From: Mytilus edulis
Taxonomy: Eukaryota
Assembly: GCF_963676685.1 (NCBI RefSeq)
Contig: NC_092357.1
Location: 21,638,001 to 21,702,000 of the forward strand
Reading direction: 5' to 3'
Length of the DNA: 64,000 bases
Position 1 is the stretch's first letter, and every line of letters starts with the position of its first letter. Shown in pieces: positions 1 through 14,500 of the stretch. The position numbers were made by a program, and so were the translations under genes. The notes beneath the pieces are model-generated. The model ran no database searches, had not been told where the DNA came from, and saw only the letters and a list, made by a program, of their open reading frames with translations.

Positions 1-251
1 TCCCTTTAAACTTGCATTACCTTGTAATCTTTGTTAAAGTTTCAAAGTTAAAAACCCATGATGAGGGAGTGAGGCTATATAATCTCTATGGAAATGATAC
101 TTACAAATGCAAATTCACTTGCACACCATATATCTCTGACTTAATAATTTGTGGTTCATCTTTAATAAACTGATCTAATCCCAAACTCAACATGTAAATT
201 ATGCAAAACATTCAGAAGTCAATAGATCATGACTCAAGGACAGGGCTAAAT

Positions 252-508
252 CATACCTGCCAACTTTTCAAAATGCCCATGGGGGTTTTACATGCAAGAT
301 GGATCCTTTAGTTCTACAAAACCATCAAGGGGGCCTTCAAATATATTTTAGTCTTTTTTTTTTGGCTTCTCCATACTAGTACAATCCTATAGCCATTGTA
401 AAATTTATTGTTTTGTTTAAATTGTGGACAAAATTGCTCTTTCAAAATTTCCATTTGAGAGCCTCCATGGGGGAAATCCCCGACAAATAGTGACAGTTGG
501 CAGGTATG
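252..508. mobile_element. MITE with 14-bp terminal inverted repeats
   Basis: CATACCTGCCAACT at 252-265 and AGTTGGCAGGTATG at 495-508; similar GCTAAA(A)T flanks on both sides; no ORF. Confidence 0.7.
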
Positions 509-645
509 GCTAAAATTATCAGCAAGCAGTCCTTTTGCGCCAATTACTGTTTTTCAGGGGTATCATTTCCACCAAAAATTTTTTTTTTAAATGTATCAAT
601 TGCGCCAATTTACCTGTACACATATATGCTTATCATAAATATTAA

Positions 646-3600
646 AGGGAAACTTCGCAAAAAAATCAAAAATTGATATTATGTCCATTCTATATAGAAA
701 TGCTCAAATTTATAGATATTTAAGTTTTATTCCGTTAGATAAGAGATCACCATCGATTTTAAATTTAGAGTATCAATTCTCTGCATTCCGCCATTTTGTC
801 GTCTTCCCCGATTAAAAGTCCCGATATGTCTATAAACCAAAAAGGACAAAAACTACAGTAACAGATGTAGTCATAATTGCGTGTCAATATCTTGTCAATC
901 GTACGATTGTTTTATCTGACAAATTAACTTGATACGGAAAATGTTCTTATTTTTTTTAAATGAACATGGTCTGTTGTTTTTAAACTGTTAATATTGGAAT
1001 TAGGTAAAAAGTCAAAGTTGAAATCATATATATAAGTGTTCCGTGAAAATTGTTTTCGAAAATCTAATTTGTTCATAATTCTTTAAAGTAATAAACTGTT
1101 TTCAAATAAATTTTGATCTTCCCTCTTCTGATCACCAGCATGGCTAAAGGTATTACTTCCAAAGGTATTGTGAGGGGTGTGAGGTGACACGTCCAGGTAT
1201 TCCAGCGATTTCCTGTCGGGCTTGCAAGTTCACGCATCGTTTCACTTCTGCAGGTATTGATCAGTGTACACGGCTGATAACATTTAACTTTCCATTTTGA
1301 ACTATCAGATGTATAATATACAACTCTGTCTTACTTGTCATTACCAAACTCATACGCTTGTTTATAAATAACATTTCTGGTGTAAAGAATATTATTCATA
1401 AAAATATAAATAATACCCAAAATATAAGATTTGATGAAATTAAAATCTATTTAAATATTTTTTCCAAGGGTGAATTTGGGAAAATGTAATATATACTCAT
1501 TGTCAAAAGTGAAGGACAGATTGGAACATACCAGAAATACTGATTTCAAAAATGTACGCACTTGCCGACGATTCGTTTATACGACTGGATAGAAAGTAAC
1601 GGAACTATAGCGCAATTTAAAATATATACATGTATACATTGAACATAAGAAAAAAATATATATTTTGAATAAATAGGGGTAAAAGTGTTGTAAATAGACT
1701 AGTCCATGTATGCCAACAGTATTCAATCATCGAATGTCGATAGACTATTGTATACCAGAAGAAGAAGAGAACCAATTTGATTTAAATACAGGTCGATGTA
1801 TAACTTTTGCTTTGGTTCATTGAAGTTGTGGACATAGTAAAATAAGATTGTTCTCGAACAAAGGAAGGAATTCGTCATCACAATTGTTATATATGCCACT
1901 GGACGAACACTAATTATCCCGAAGGGATGTGAATATTTTGCTGGGAAACTTTTGAGTATCAAAGTTTCAAATTAATTTCGGGATTTTTTTTTCTTTCTTG
2001 GTATTCAATAACAGAAAAAAGAATAAATTACTTGTCCACTAAATAGGGGTATTCTTGTCAGATGAAAGACTTTTAGTTATATTTAAAAAATAGGTAAATA
2101 TGACATTAAATTGGTTCTGTCTTTTTTTTAAACATCGTTAAAAAGATGTGTGTCTAAGGTGAACGCCACAAGAACCCTGTAATACTAGTACGAGAGTATA
2201 GCATGTAAACATTCCTTCTCAATAATATGGTTGTGTTGGAAATCTTTTCATACAGATTGACAACTCATTGTCCGATATGCATGTAATATTTGCCACATGA
2301 CGCCCATAGTTCTTTCTATACATCATCTTATTCTTTGATATTGCTGTCAACATCGATGGTTCACACCCAAACAAAATGGGAGTAATGAACCTTCAGAGCT
2401 TCTCCGTGTTATACACTTGTGAAATATATAGACGAAATTTCTGTATTGAAATGAATATACATCTCACAAACAGGATTTTCAAATAACGATTTTGAGTAAT
2501 CACCTTACAAACCAATATAAACGTATGGCAAGATATAACCATGAAGGAATTTAGTTTTTGTCAGACACAAGAACTCATCACTATCATACACGTATACGTA
2601 TATATGCATACAATTTCAAATATCAAGAACAAGCGGTCGATGTCGATAGTCCGTTTTCCAACTGTTCGAGTTAGACATGTCACTTGTTCATTCTTGAAAG
2701 CCTTCATATTCCCCGTCTAACGATGGGAACTGTTTCTGATTGTGTTGATTATAAATGCTTGTATGTTAATTCTGTCGTTTATCTGTACAAGCGGTTGCAT
2801 TTCCTCTCCTTTCCGAACAAACAAACGAACGAAACGCTACTAGTCTGCTTTCTCTGGAGCTCATCCTCAATGGCTCTTATACGTCAGGAAACTTACATGT
2901 ATACTAATAATGATTGTTTCAAGAACAACGATGTATGGACGAACTATTCTAAATTCGTCAATATCAGTTATGCATGACTAAGATATAACTTTTATTACAA
3001 CTACTGTATGACTTATTTGGATTAATGACGGCTATCATGTTCAACATTGCACAAATATTATCATAGAATTAAAAAAAAATCCTCAAAAATCCTTAAAAAA
3101 AATAATGCCTTAGCTTAGATAATTGGTATTTTTTCACAAAAAGTTCGTGTAAATGATTGTCAAATGAATTTAATTATGTAAGAATAAAATGTTAAAAAGA
3201 AACTAAAAAAAAAATCATGTATGTTGTATTTTTTTGTCAATTAAAAACTTTAAAATTGCAATAGTTTTATTAGCATTTAAACACAGCCAGATTTGAATAC
3301 AAGTTAAGAAATTAAGGTAAAGTCAATGATTTCAAACAGATGTACAATGGTATATCAAATTGGGTAATATTGCATTTAGTTTTTATTAAAGATTAAAACT
3401 ACTAATTTTTACTTCATATTTGAATCTTTACGCCAATTGCCGCTAAGAAAGTAATCAAAAATTGTTTCCTTTTATTTTTACACATTTTCGGATTTACGGA
3501 TCTGAATTTTATTTTCAATTAATTTATACAATTTAATTATTGAATCTTTATTCTCATCGTGTATTAAATCTAAGTGTATTAACATCGTGACATCATACTC

Positions 3601-4432
3601 TTTCTAATCCTTTCTGTTTATCCTTTCCAAATAACAACATTTATACCTGTGTACGCTTGAACTCACACCTGCGGCTAAATAGCTACAAGGTAAACGAATT
3701 GACCTCAAGCCGAGAAAAATACAGTGACCTTTACAAAATAATATACACACTCTGCTCACACATTAGTTGCATTGAAATGATTATCAAAACAATAACGATA
3801 AATAGAACTGAAATATTTTCAGTTCAATAAATATTTCAGTTCAATATCAGTAAAAATGTTCAATAAATATTTTATGAATAAAATCTCAACAATAATTAAT
3901 TAAATTTATTCAAAAACATTTACTAGAGATAATTTTATAGGAGTTTAATTCAATCAATACAAAACGATATATGCATATTCATTTTCGTTCATTATTATAT
4001 TGTGGTTAATAACTACGACCATTTGTCAGCTGTGCGCTTTTAATTACGTATATTGTCGATAAGCTATAAGAGTTAAACAGATTTTATTTTTTCCCAGAAT
4101 TCAATAAATCGGGCTAATACGTCACGACCCACTTGAGAATTCAACCAAAAAAGTTACAGATACTTGATTTTCTCCGTTATTAGCAGAGTTCACGAAAAGT
4201 GTCAGTCCTCAGGATTTCACCACCAAAATTTTGTATAGGACTGACACAATTTTAGTATTTTTCAATAGAGTTAATAGTGAGGACCAGTAGATTTTCTTCA
4301 AGGACCACCAGGGAAAAAAAGATTTCGCGAACTCTGTATTAGAAGGAATATAAATTTAAAACTTTGCAAATGTGTTTTTTATGTTAAGATGAACATAATT
4401 AGATGATAAGTAAAAAATCGCGGAATTTCCCT
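646..4432. mobile_element. Non-autonomous Kolobok-like DNA transposon (TTAA target-site duplication)
   Basis: TTAA|AGGGAAACTTCGC at the left end and GCGGAATTTCCCT|TTAA at the right end; no intact transposase ORF inside. The superfamily is inferred from the TTAA TSD plus AGG termini. Confidence 0.6.
4184..4336. mobile_element. Small MITE nested in the Kolobok-like element
   Basis: CAGAGTTCACGAAA ... TTTCGCGAACTCTG inverted ends; TATTAG on both flanks. Confidence 0.6.
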
Positions 4433-5434
4433 TTAATGATTAATTTTTATTCTTTATTTTTGCTTAAAAAGTATCATATGTTTGGAGATATTTCACCATG
4501 AAGATGAGCATCTGGAGTGAAATGACTTTAAATGCATTAGACAGTCCATATACAGAGAGAGAAGAAAACTTATTGCTTTGCTGAATATTTAATACAAGAT
4601 ATGCCAAAAGAGAAGAAAAGAGAAGCTTTTGCTGATAATGTTTTAGCCGCATATAATAATGACACAGTGCTCTGTTCCACAATGTATATGGACTGAAAGA
4701 CGCACCAGTATTTGAGCAGAAGCATTCCACAGGAATTATTATGAACTGCTTTTATGCATTTCATCCTTCAATGTTTGTCTTTTTGGACAATAAAGTGAAG
4801 TTACTATACATACATTAAATTGGGAAGTACCCTTGCAGCAGCAGTAAGAAGAAAGTATGTTTCAGAAAATGAAACATTTGCCGAATAAAGGAGGAAGGAA
4901 GTTATTTTTCTTCTTATTGGCGCAATCATATGTTCTATTTTTGGTGCAAATGATACCATGCAATTTTTAAAACAGGTGATGCAAATGTAGCATTGGAGGA
5001 AATAAGTTGTGGCCTAAAAGGATGCATTTTTGGCGCAAACAGATCTCCCAAATTATCCTCTTGGAAATAAGCTGTGCTTATTCTAATTTATACAACTGCA
5101 TACAAAATATCTTTGAAATACCACTAATGGTTCACCATAAACTAACCTAATCACAAACTAATACATTGTTGACAATGTTGCTTTCACTGGAATCAGCATT
5201 GATTAATGTTTCACTTTTTGATTCCATTGAGGAGAAACAGGTCCTGGCTGCCACCAAGTTTTGAAAATCGCTAAAACTGACTGACTGACTTCAATGCAAT
5301 GTCTAATTGCTATCAAAATTGGTATAAGGGAAACAACTTGTAATTTACAAGTTGCCCAGGTTAGACTCAGGAACTGATGTTCTGTATATCTAGATCACAT
5401 GCTAAGTATAATTTATAAAAAAACACCATCTTAC

Positions 5435-5575
5435 CTCAATAATCTTTTCAAATTCTAGCTTGCCCTTTGGGTCAGAGGTCATTGGCTTGGTAACCATAAT
5501 CTTGTCTTGAAATAGTATGACATGTCTTTGACCTTCAGATTTCGAGTCTTTGTCTACTTTGACTTTGACATCTTC
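5435..5575 (-). CDS. Exon: PH domain, N-terminal strands (EDVKVKVDKDSKSEGQRHVILFQDKIMVTKP...)
   Basis: cag|GAA...GAG|gtaaga, 141 nt, phase 0/0; the RHVILFQDKIMVTKP motif is typical of PH domains that follow a DH domain. Confidence 0.85.
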
Positions 5576-8500
5576 CTGTTTATAAAATTTTTAAAAAAAA
5601 GTTAATATGTAATGATAAAATAGCAATCCTTAAACTAATACTATCGATTTATTTATTTTCATGGATATTATGTTTTCCCAAAGTCTCTTTACAACCATAT
5701 AGAAAATGTGTCATTCTTTGAACATTTGAATTCATGGTTTACCTATGCAATGAAAATTGGTAACCAACCAATAATGATGAATAACAGTAGTAACAGAGAA
5801 ATAGGATTTAGCAGGAAAACTTAATTTTGATGGTAAATTAACCATGTAAGTGATGTAAATGTCAGGCCTCCCCTTTTATATCCATGAAATACAACTTCTT
5901 AGGAACTTTGAAAATAATGACTGAAAACAAGAATCCATGAAAATTACTGTAAAGCAACATGTTACTGACGATGGACACCAATGGATGAGGATACAACAGT
6001 ACTGCTAGCCTGAAAAAAAGAGGTTGTCTACCTTTGCTCAAATCAAGAATTGATATAAATAATAGAGTATTGTTGGGATTGGATTCATATTGAATTTAAA
6101 AGAGGTGTCAAAGATTTCTGAAATATATTTTTCTCTCTCACTTTTATTGATAATAAAAAATTATGGATCATCACTATAACAAAGTTCATTCATTTTCAAC
6201 TTACATGTTTAAGGACAGGTCCTAGTTGTTTGACATCACCTTGGTAACCTTCAATTTTATCCAATAAGACAATGTCTTCCATAGTTCTGCAGATCTCTGT
6301 TAACATCTGTACAGCAGCCATCAACCCTGAACAATCTCCTCCAGACTGAGCAGTCAGTTTAATCAGTGTCTGTTAAAACAAATTTCATAATTAACCTTTA
6401 AAGTACAAAAGTGTTTTTTTTTCAGATCTCAACTTTGAAAAGTAATGCTTTTGTATAGGAAAATATGGTTGGAAAACACCCCCTTATTATATGACTTGCA
6501 TGTGTTGGAACCTCCTGTTTTAAAAATAGCTGAATCATTGCCTGTCTAAAACATTCAATCACTATTGATAGACTTTGATGGTCCTTGATTATATTTCAAA
6601 AACAATGTGATTTTTTCACATAATTTTTACAGTCTCTTTTGTTTTCTTAATACTTAAAATAATAATAATAAAGAAAAGTTTTTGAGGGCCCTAGGAGAAC
6701 CTTACCTCTGTCAACTGACCTGTATTGTCTAGGTGTAACCCATAAATTAACCATTTCACCCTGGATTTTTCAAATAACCTTGGAATTCAGATATTAAACT
6801 GTTTTCAACTGTATTTCTGACTGTTGTTGATTCAGGTATTTAGAAGTGAAATTTACATTTTGTTTTATCGTTTTATTTTCTTTCTTCAAAAAGAAACAAC
6901 TAAAAAGTCAAAGCATAGCATTTGCTTATTTACCTTGCTCTTTAAAATTGGATGAATTTACAGCTTTCAAAACATACTTTGATATTCCTTTGACCATGTT
7001 GACTAAAAAGTAACAACTCACTTTGAATTTAGAAATACTAAAATTCAACCAAAAAAAATTATGACCTGCATTTTCATTTTCAGAGTTGAACACTTAAGAT
7101 AGAAACAAGACTTTTGGCAGGAAAAAATTGCCGGGACATGCTGTTAACAAAAATCATCCAATCACTTATATTTGCCTAGTATCTCATGTATAAAAGTAAT
7201 AACTTTGTATAATTAGTACTACCTACCTTTAAAAGTTCTATATATTCATGAATTCTTTCCAGTGGTCTGTTCATCAAATCTTCAAAGGCATTAGCTGGAT
7301 CTCCCAAGATCAGACTGAATGCCTATGAATAATATATTAATCATTTATGTGACCAATAATATATATGTATATACATATACACACAAATGTACTTGTTTCC
7401 TATTCTTGTACATATAAAAACATGGTAATTAATTTCTTTTTTTTAAATTTCTTTTATAAGAAAAATTTAAAGTCCATTTTTTAGGTTTATCCTATACACA
7501 CACATATATCTACAAAAGTATCTTTAAAATAAAATAATAATAATTATTCCTAATACGAACCCAAATTTTTCAATCAATTAAAAGTGACTTCAGTTAACTA
7601 ATTTAGTCTTTTTTGGTTATGAAGTCAGAAAAATCTATTTTATCATATTATTATCAAATGATATCCTACCTCCATCAATGCTGCTAATTGATCTGGGTCA
7701 GTATCCTCCATAGCTTTGTCATGGTCAGATACAAACGGTACATACTCACAGAAACTTCCACGCTGAAAGGAAATTATTTGACATTCAAATATATTTCTTG
7801 TTAGAGATTTTCAGAATCTATTGTACAGTTTATAATTCAACCTAATTCAACTTGATATACAGAATCTAGACTTTTCTGAAGTTTTCATTTTATAAAAGAA
7901 GTAATGATCTCTTACCATACATGCTTGTACCACATGATAAAGTCAAATAGTTTAAAGTCAAATAAGAAAATCAACCATTTTGCTCCATGATTTGGAGGTC
8001 AAGGGCAACTCCAACTTAAATTACATCATTTATAATAGATACTTATCAATAGGGTCTTACTAATGAAGCCCAGTACAAATATATTTCACAGCCAAAACTT
8101 AAATCAAAATAATAATAATTTGTATTTCCCATCTCCCAATGTTTCTTATGGGACATTTGTTGAAAATACTTACCTTTTCAGTAAATAGGTCACCAACAAT
8201 TTCAGCATCATCTTGTGTTTTCAGAAGGCTTGGCAGCAATGTTCTGAATAAATAAATGTGGAAATTAGTGTCTATTTTCAGTTTACTTCTTTTATTGCAA
8301 TTAAGATTGTGTATGTGTAAAACCAACATATTCATTCTGATATGTTTTAAAACTTCAACTAATCTCATTTCAGCTGAAGCATGCATAGCAGGTAACACTT
8401 CCTTTACAATGTTGATGCATCCAAGTCCATTTTTCTTTACCATGTCCAAAATAACACCTCTCAGAATAAGAAAGAACATTAAAAGAGAGCCACAGCCAGT

Positions 8501-11500
8501 TTGGAATTCATGCAATTTTTTTTTACATTTCCATCTTTTGGTTGGTATATTTAAAATTGAGTTAGAAGTACGGAAGATTGTAAAGTACTGTTGCATGTTA
8601 TTATTCACATGAAAAAGCCTTCTTCAATTTAAAACAATACTGACATCTTTAAATTAATTACTGTAAATCAGAAATTATTGAGAGGTTTTTATTTAAACTC
8701 GCATTCTGATATATGTATGAAGGTTTTCCTAAAACCGCAAAAAATAATCTCACATTTTAGTTCAGTTTCCAAAAGTCACAATAATAAATGCACACAATAA
8801 TTTCTGAATTTAGAGTATTTAAATTGACATTAGACACTTCAACCCTTTAGACATGTTTGATTAGACATTGGAATTCAGATTTAACCAAAAGCATTGATTA
8901 AATAATTCTTACTTACTCCTTGTGAAACTGGTAAAGCTTTGATAAATCTTCTAATATTTTGTCTTGCTTGTCTGCTACAGGTTTCTTGTTTGAGATTTTC
9001 CCTTCCTTTATATTTTTCCTGTCTGAGACTTTCCCTTTCTCTAGAGACTGGCTGTAGGTGTCTATAAGATCCTTTAGATCACAAATATAGTCTGTTTCTG
9101 ATTCCAATAAATCAGCCAAAACTTTCCTGGAAGTAACAATGGTAGTTATTAAAACTTTACATAAATGTTTGTATCAATTCTTAATTTAATGTCTGCATGG
9201 TAAATAGCAAAGTGGTAGTTTCTTAATTTAAGCTCATTTAAAATTTTCTGATTGGCAGAAGGGGACCTTTTATCTGTTGTTAAGGTTGGGCCTTTAATTT
9301 TGCAAGAATTCTGGATTTTGCCTTAATTTTCACTGGAATACAGGATTTAAACAAATCGGGGAAATTAATGATTGATTTTCAAGGATCTAGGAAAGAATGA
9401 TTTATTTTTTGGGGAATTCATAACACCCCATTGTACCACCCTTCTTATATAGATAATTTCCGTTGTTTTTTTTTAGGAAAGGCTGGCATTTGTACTTCAA
9501 AACACTTTTTTTTTATAGTAAAAAGGTACGTACTATACATATTTTTTTTTTAAATAGTCAATTTATAAAATAATGATAAATTTAATCTCAAGTTATAAAT
9601 ATCACACACAAATCCTAAAATATATTAAAATATCTAAATTAAAATCTCCTAAAACAATGTAAAAAGAATCCACTGTACAAAGTTTTAAAGTTCAAAACTT
9701 AAACCTTATCCATCTCCTTACTATATTAAATAGGCATGGAAAGGAAAACATTTCTAAAAGGAGGATTGAAAATCAAAAAGGCTTAAAAGAAATATAGTAC
9801 CATTTTATTAATATGGCAAAATATAAATTCTTTATAGAAGACTTCAGATCATAATCAGGGGATGGTTTTTATTAGCTGAATTTTTCTTAAAACTAATTTT
9901 GTTTTTTTCTATTTAAAGAATGTTTCTCATTCACCTTCACCTTTACCTTATTAAGTTTTCACTTACTTGGTTTTAGTTTGCATTTCTTCCTTAGATACAC
10001 AATTTTTCCCTTGACCTTGATTCCATGCAGGTACGTTCCCAACATTGTCAATATCTGTGTCAACTAACAGGTCTGGAGGAGCATAACATACCTAAAGAGT
10101 ACAAACGATTCAGTGAAATTCAATCTGATTGAACTTTTTTGTCAAAGACTCAGAACGAACACCCCTAACTCATACACTTTGCATTGGAAAACCTTTGAAC
10201 ATTTTTAACATGACAATAGTAGTAAATCCAAAAATAATTTCAAAAAATTTCATCACATCTAAGTTATCAATGGGGATCCAACATTTAGTGCATGGTTATG
10301 AAGAATGTCTAAAAAATTGAACAGTTGCATAAGTGACATTTCAAATAAGAAAAACGGCCTAGAACTTAAAGCTGGTAACTACTCAAATTTATTAACAAGA
10401 TTTGTTTTACTTATTTTTTCATAACTTTGGTGTTCAAAATGTAACACTCTTTATTAAAGTGATAAGTGTAATCCTTCTTGTCCAAAAAACAACCTTAAAC
10501 AATCATTATATATAAAATTTTGATAGACATGATTTAGATTGACCAATCACTGCAAGGAAATAAAGTTGAAATTTCTTAAAACATTGTAAATTTTGCAAAA
10601 TTTGCAAAAAATCTCCTCCTTAAATAGCAAAAGTAATCTTTGGTGGCAGAGCACAGATGTAATCATAATGCAAAGAATATGTGCTATTTATTTGGGAAAT
10701 AACTAATGCACAACTTTAATTCTTTAAAAGAATAGATTAAACCTTTAGACAAGTTCATTTGTATGGAAATTATTATAGATTACTGCAAATTCAGACTTCT
10801 GCCTATAAACTGTCACATGACTGTTTGTAATTTGAGAGAAATGATACATGCATGTAGTGTTTTATTAATAAGATATATATATAATAGTCCTTTAAAATAT
10901 AAACCTTTGTTTGTTCTTGCATAGATTTGACCAGCCAATGAGATTGTTTAGATCTGTCTAACACCTCAATTATCTCCCCTTTCTGCAGGTCAATATCATT
11001 AAATTCATCATGGTAGTCAGATACAACTTCATATCTTCTCGAAAAACATTCCTGAAATTAGTAAATGTAATAAAAATATTTCAAAAAACTGGTTGATAAT
11101 CAGTGGTGGATCCATAACTTTACAAAAGGTGGGACCAGCTCCAGCCTCAGTGATTCCCTATATAATCAACAAATCTTTTCCCACAAAAGGGGGGCCTACT
11201 GATCCACCAATGATAGTGATGAGGGCTATTCCCTTACAATGGATGAGGCATGATAAGAAATGACTTCTTAAATCTTCTCAAAATTAAAATAATTAAATTT
11301 TTTAGTAAATTGGATATATTAAATAGACATGACACATACTACAAAATTTGGGGTACTTTGCTAATTTGCATAGCTGCCATTTTGCCTTATCATGACGACA
11401 GCCATTACAATAGGATTATATTTGAACCTTAAATAAAAATGCAAATAAGCCAATTCCTATATCGAATCAACAATTTGTCCGCATATAGGTGAAAAACATG

Positions 11501-14500
11501 ATGATTTCAACTTTCCAATTTCATAAAAAGTCAAATTTTAAGCATTTTCAATAAGAAATACACAACATTTTTGTTAATATCCGCCAACTGAAGTTTTCAA
11601 ATACGTATTAGTTTTAGATCCATGACATAAAAGGACTGATTTATCCGCAAATTTTAAATCATTTATATTTTGAATCTTAAACAAAGGGAAGTTATTTAAT
11701 CAAGAGGGGCAAAGTCACATGGTGCAAAATACATGAATAAAGTACCCCTAATTTTGCCATAAGAACCAGAAATTATCTATGACAAAAATTAAAACTTCTG
11801 AACCCAAAAGACCTCATATGGTAGAAAATCATTATTTTTAATATAGTACATTGTACCAGAAAAGAACATATTCAGCAATGTCAAACTGTAATACAGAAGC
11901 ATGTCACTTAATGTAATTATAGTATTTATACAAACGTACATCTGATTCAGACATATCAAGCTGAATAACAGGAGCAGTAGGTTTGTCCAATCTGTCATGA
12001 CTAGATACTGTGTTCGACTCAGCTTTGCCAAGACTAGATACCAGCTGGTTCCACTCAGCTTTGTCAAGACCAGGTACCAGGTTCCACTTTGCCCTGTCTT
12101 CATCATTGTTGATATCTGTAGCTGTCTGTATGTTATCCCCTTCAATTTATGAAGCATAGAATAAATAGTTTAAGCAACAATTGTAAGTAATCTTAGCCAT
12201 CATATTTAAAGCAGAATGTATTCTAAAGGGAAATAACTCTTTAAAGTCAACAAAACATATAATACATGTACTGCAGATTTGAATTATTCTTTTGAAACCA
12301 ATTTTGTTGGTTTCATGCGTATTTATAAACCACAAATTTTTTAAAAGTACAATTCTTTTCATAAATACAGACTTTGGCAAAATCAGGAAATCAAATATCC
12401 ACTCAACAAGACAATTTTCCCTAAGACCTTTTGAGTTTACAGTAAAAGTTAAAGACAGCATCATAGGCTCTATATACCCTCATCTGAGACACAGACAGTA
12501 AACTGAACTTGATTAACACCAACAGAATTTGAGGCTCTACACATGTAAATTCCAGCATCTTCTGGTTCAGTATGTTGTATGATCAGTTGACACTTTGTAG
12601 AATCTTGTAATATCTCCACCCTCTCCTCTGGGTAGAACAGTTCTCCATTCTTAAACCATACAATCTGTGGGCTAGGATCACCTATAAAAATAAGAATATG
12701 TGGTCAAATTTGTATGAGGTTTGGTAGGAGGGGGTGTCATCCTATAAAAATAAGGAGTTGTGGTATGATTGCCAATGAGACAAGTATGATAATGAGGTTT
12801 GGGAGGAGAGGGTTTCATCCGGAAATTCAGAAAAATTTAAGAATTCTTTCCCAGATCCTCAAAATATTTTAATTACAGTCCCAATAGGTGTTAATCTTAA
12901 ATTCCGGCTAATATAAAGGTCCAATCCTGACGTCCCAGAAATGGTCCTTCCATCCCTCAACTATCCAACAAAGTCCAAAAGATTTGTATATAATCAACTA
13001 TGGATCACTGATAAAAAAAAAGTAAAATCACAAAAATACTGAAATAATTCACAACGTAAAGTCACTAATCAAGTGGCAAAATCAAAAGCTCAAACACATC
13101 AAACGAATGGATAACAACTGTCATATTCCTGACTTGTAACGTAACGGTACCCAAATTGCAACGAGTACCCAAATTGCACCTACTTAGCAAAAATAGCAGC
13201 GGAAATCTTACAAGATCTCCTAGAGACTAAACAATTTGTATTTTTATGATTTGATACTACACATGTCTTTCAAAATAGGTAAATATATTTAGATAAACAC
13301 AAAACGTTCACAGTATCTATCAACAGATGAAGTGTTTACTGAAAAAGCAAAATGTACCGAAACGTCGTCATGCGACGTCATCGAAACGTCATCTTTTTAA
13401 AATTAGCAAATACAATATGTTTCAAGTATTCATTTCTTAAAAAAATAAGAGTAAGCGTGGACAAATATCCAATTGTTCAAAATATTTGAAAAAAATAAAC
13501 AAAAGCTCTGTTATTCGACTTTTGACGATGCGAATTTAAGCATGGATGCAATTTGGGTACTCCTCATTACAGAATCATTGATGGTTTGGGGGTTAGTTCA
13601 GACTAATTTTTCTATGATTCCATATGAATTGAAAATCAAATTGGTGTACCTATATAGTAAAGAGGGATACGGCTACAAAATAAACACAAAATGGAAACTT
13701 TTGTCTTAATCATAAAAAAACGTAGTTGAAAAAACTGTCAAAATAGGTGCAAATTGGGTACCGTCACGTTAACTGACATTTTCTTATGTATAGAACATGG
13801 TGGATTAAACCTGAAAGACATTGAGTAATGAATGAGCAAATTTAATTCCATACCAAATATTAAACTATCACTTAACTTCATACCAGTACTAGGACTGACA
13901 GTAGCTTAATCTAAACAATTGCTATCAGATAAAAAGTCCCTATTCCATCTTGGCGTGGAGGCATATTTATGCAGTACAACCAAACAGACCCTAAGCATGG
14001 GTCTTACTGTCTACTATATATGTCAAGCTCTAAGCCACCAAAAGTATTGATTGATTGATTAGGGTTTACTGACACTTTCAGTACTATTATCTATTTGGTG
14101 GCAGTCAGTTTTTTATTGGTGGAGGAAACAGGACTGCCAGGAAAGAACCCCCAAGCTTTCATAAACTGCAAATAAAGTTAATAAAAATTGGAGTCGAATA
14201 CAATTTGAGAATAGTTTCAATAAACACATGCCAAACATCTGACATCACCCAAACATCAACTTCTCAATGTACAAAAAAAAATACCAATAAAATAAAAACA
14301 ATGGAATCTACTAAAAAAAGGTGTAAAAACTGGAGATACATTTGATATTTGACAGGTACAAATGTATAAAATATCAAATCTTATCGCCCATGATTATCTC
14401 CCTTTTTTAACTTTTGGCGGAAAGACAAAATGCACAGAAAAAAACACACAATTTTAATCTTGGTGATCTTAATCAAAATGTCCATAAACTTGTGGATTGA

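Larger units (their letters stand above)
521..5049. mobile_element. Degenerate MULE-like non-autonomous element, interrupted by a Kolobok-like insertion
   Basis: Repeated TTGCGCCAA motifs at the left end and TTGGCGCAA motifs at the right end; AAATTATC flanks both sides (513-520 and 5050-5057). Confidence 0.45.

Noticed and set aside
2684-2977. THAP-like or transposase remnant inside the Kolobok-like element
   Set aside because: The resemblance is limited to a few residues, and the C2CH signature is not recoverable.
8099-8612. Overlapping 169-aa (-) and 118-aa (+) ORFs
   Set aside because: Only 8174-8243 is a real exon; the rest is intron sequence with no protein-like signature.
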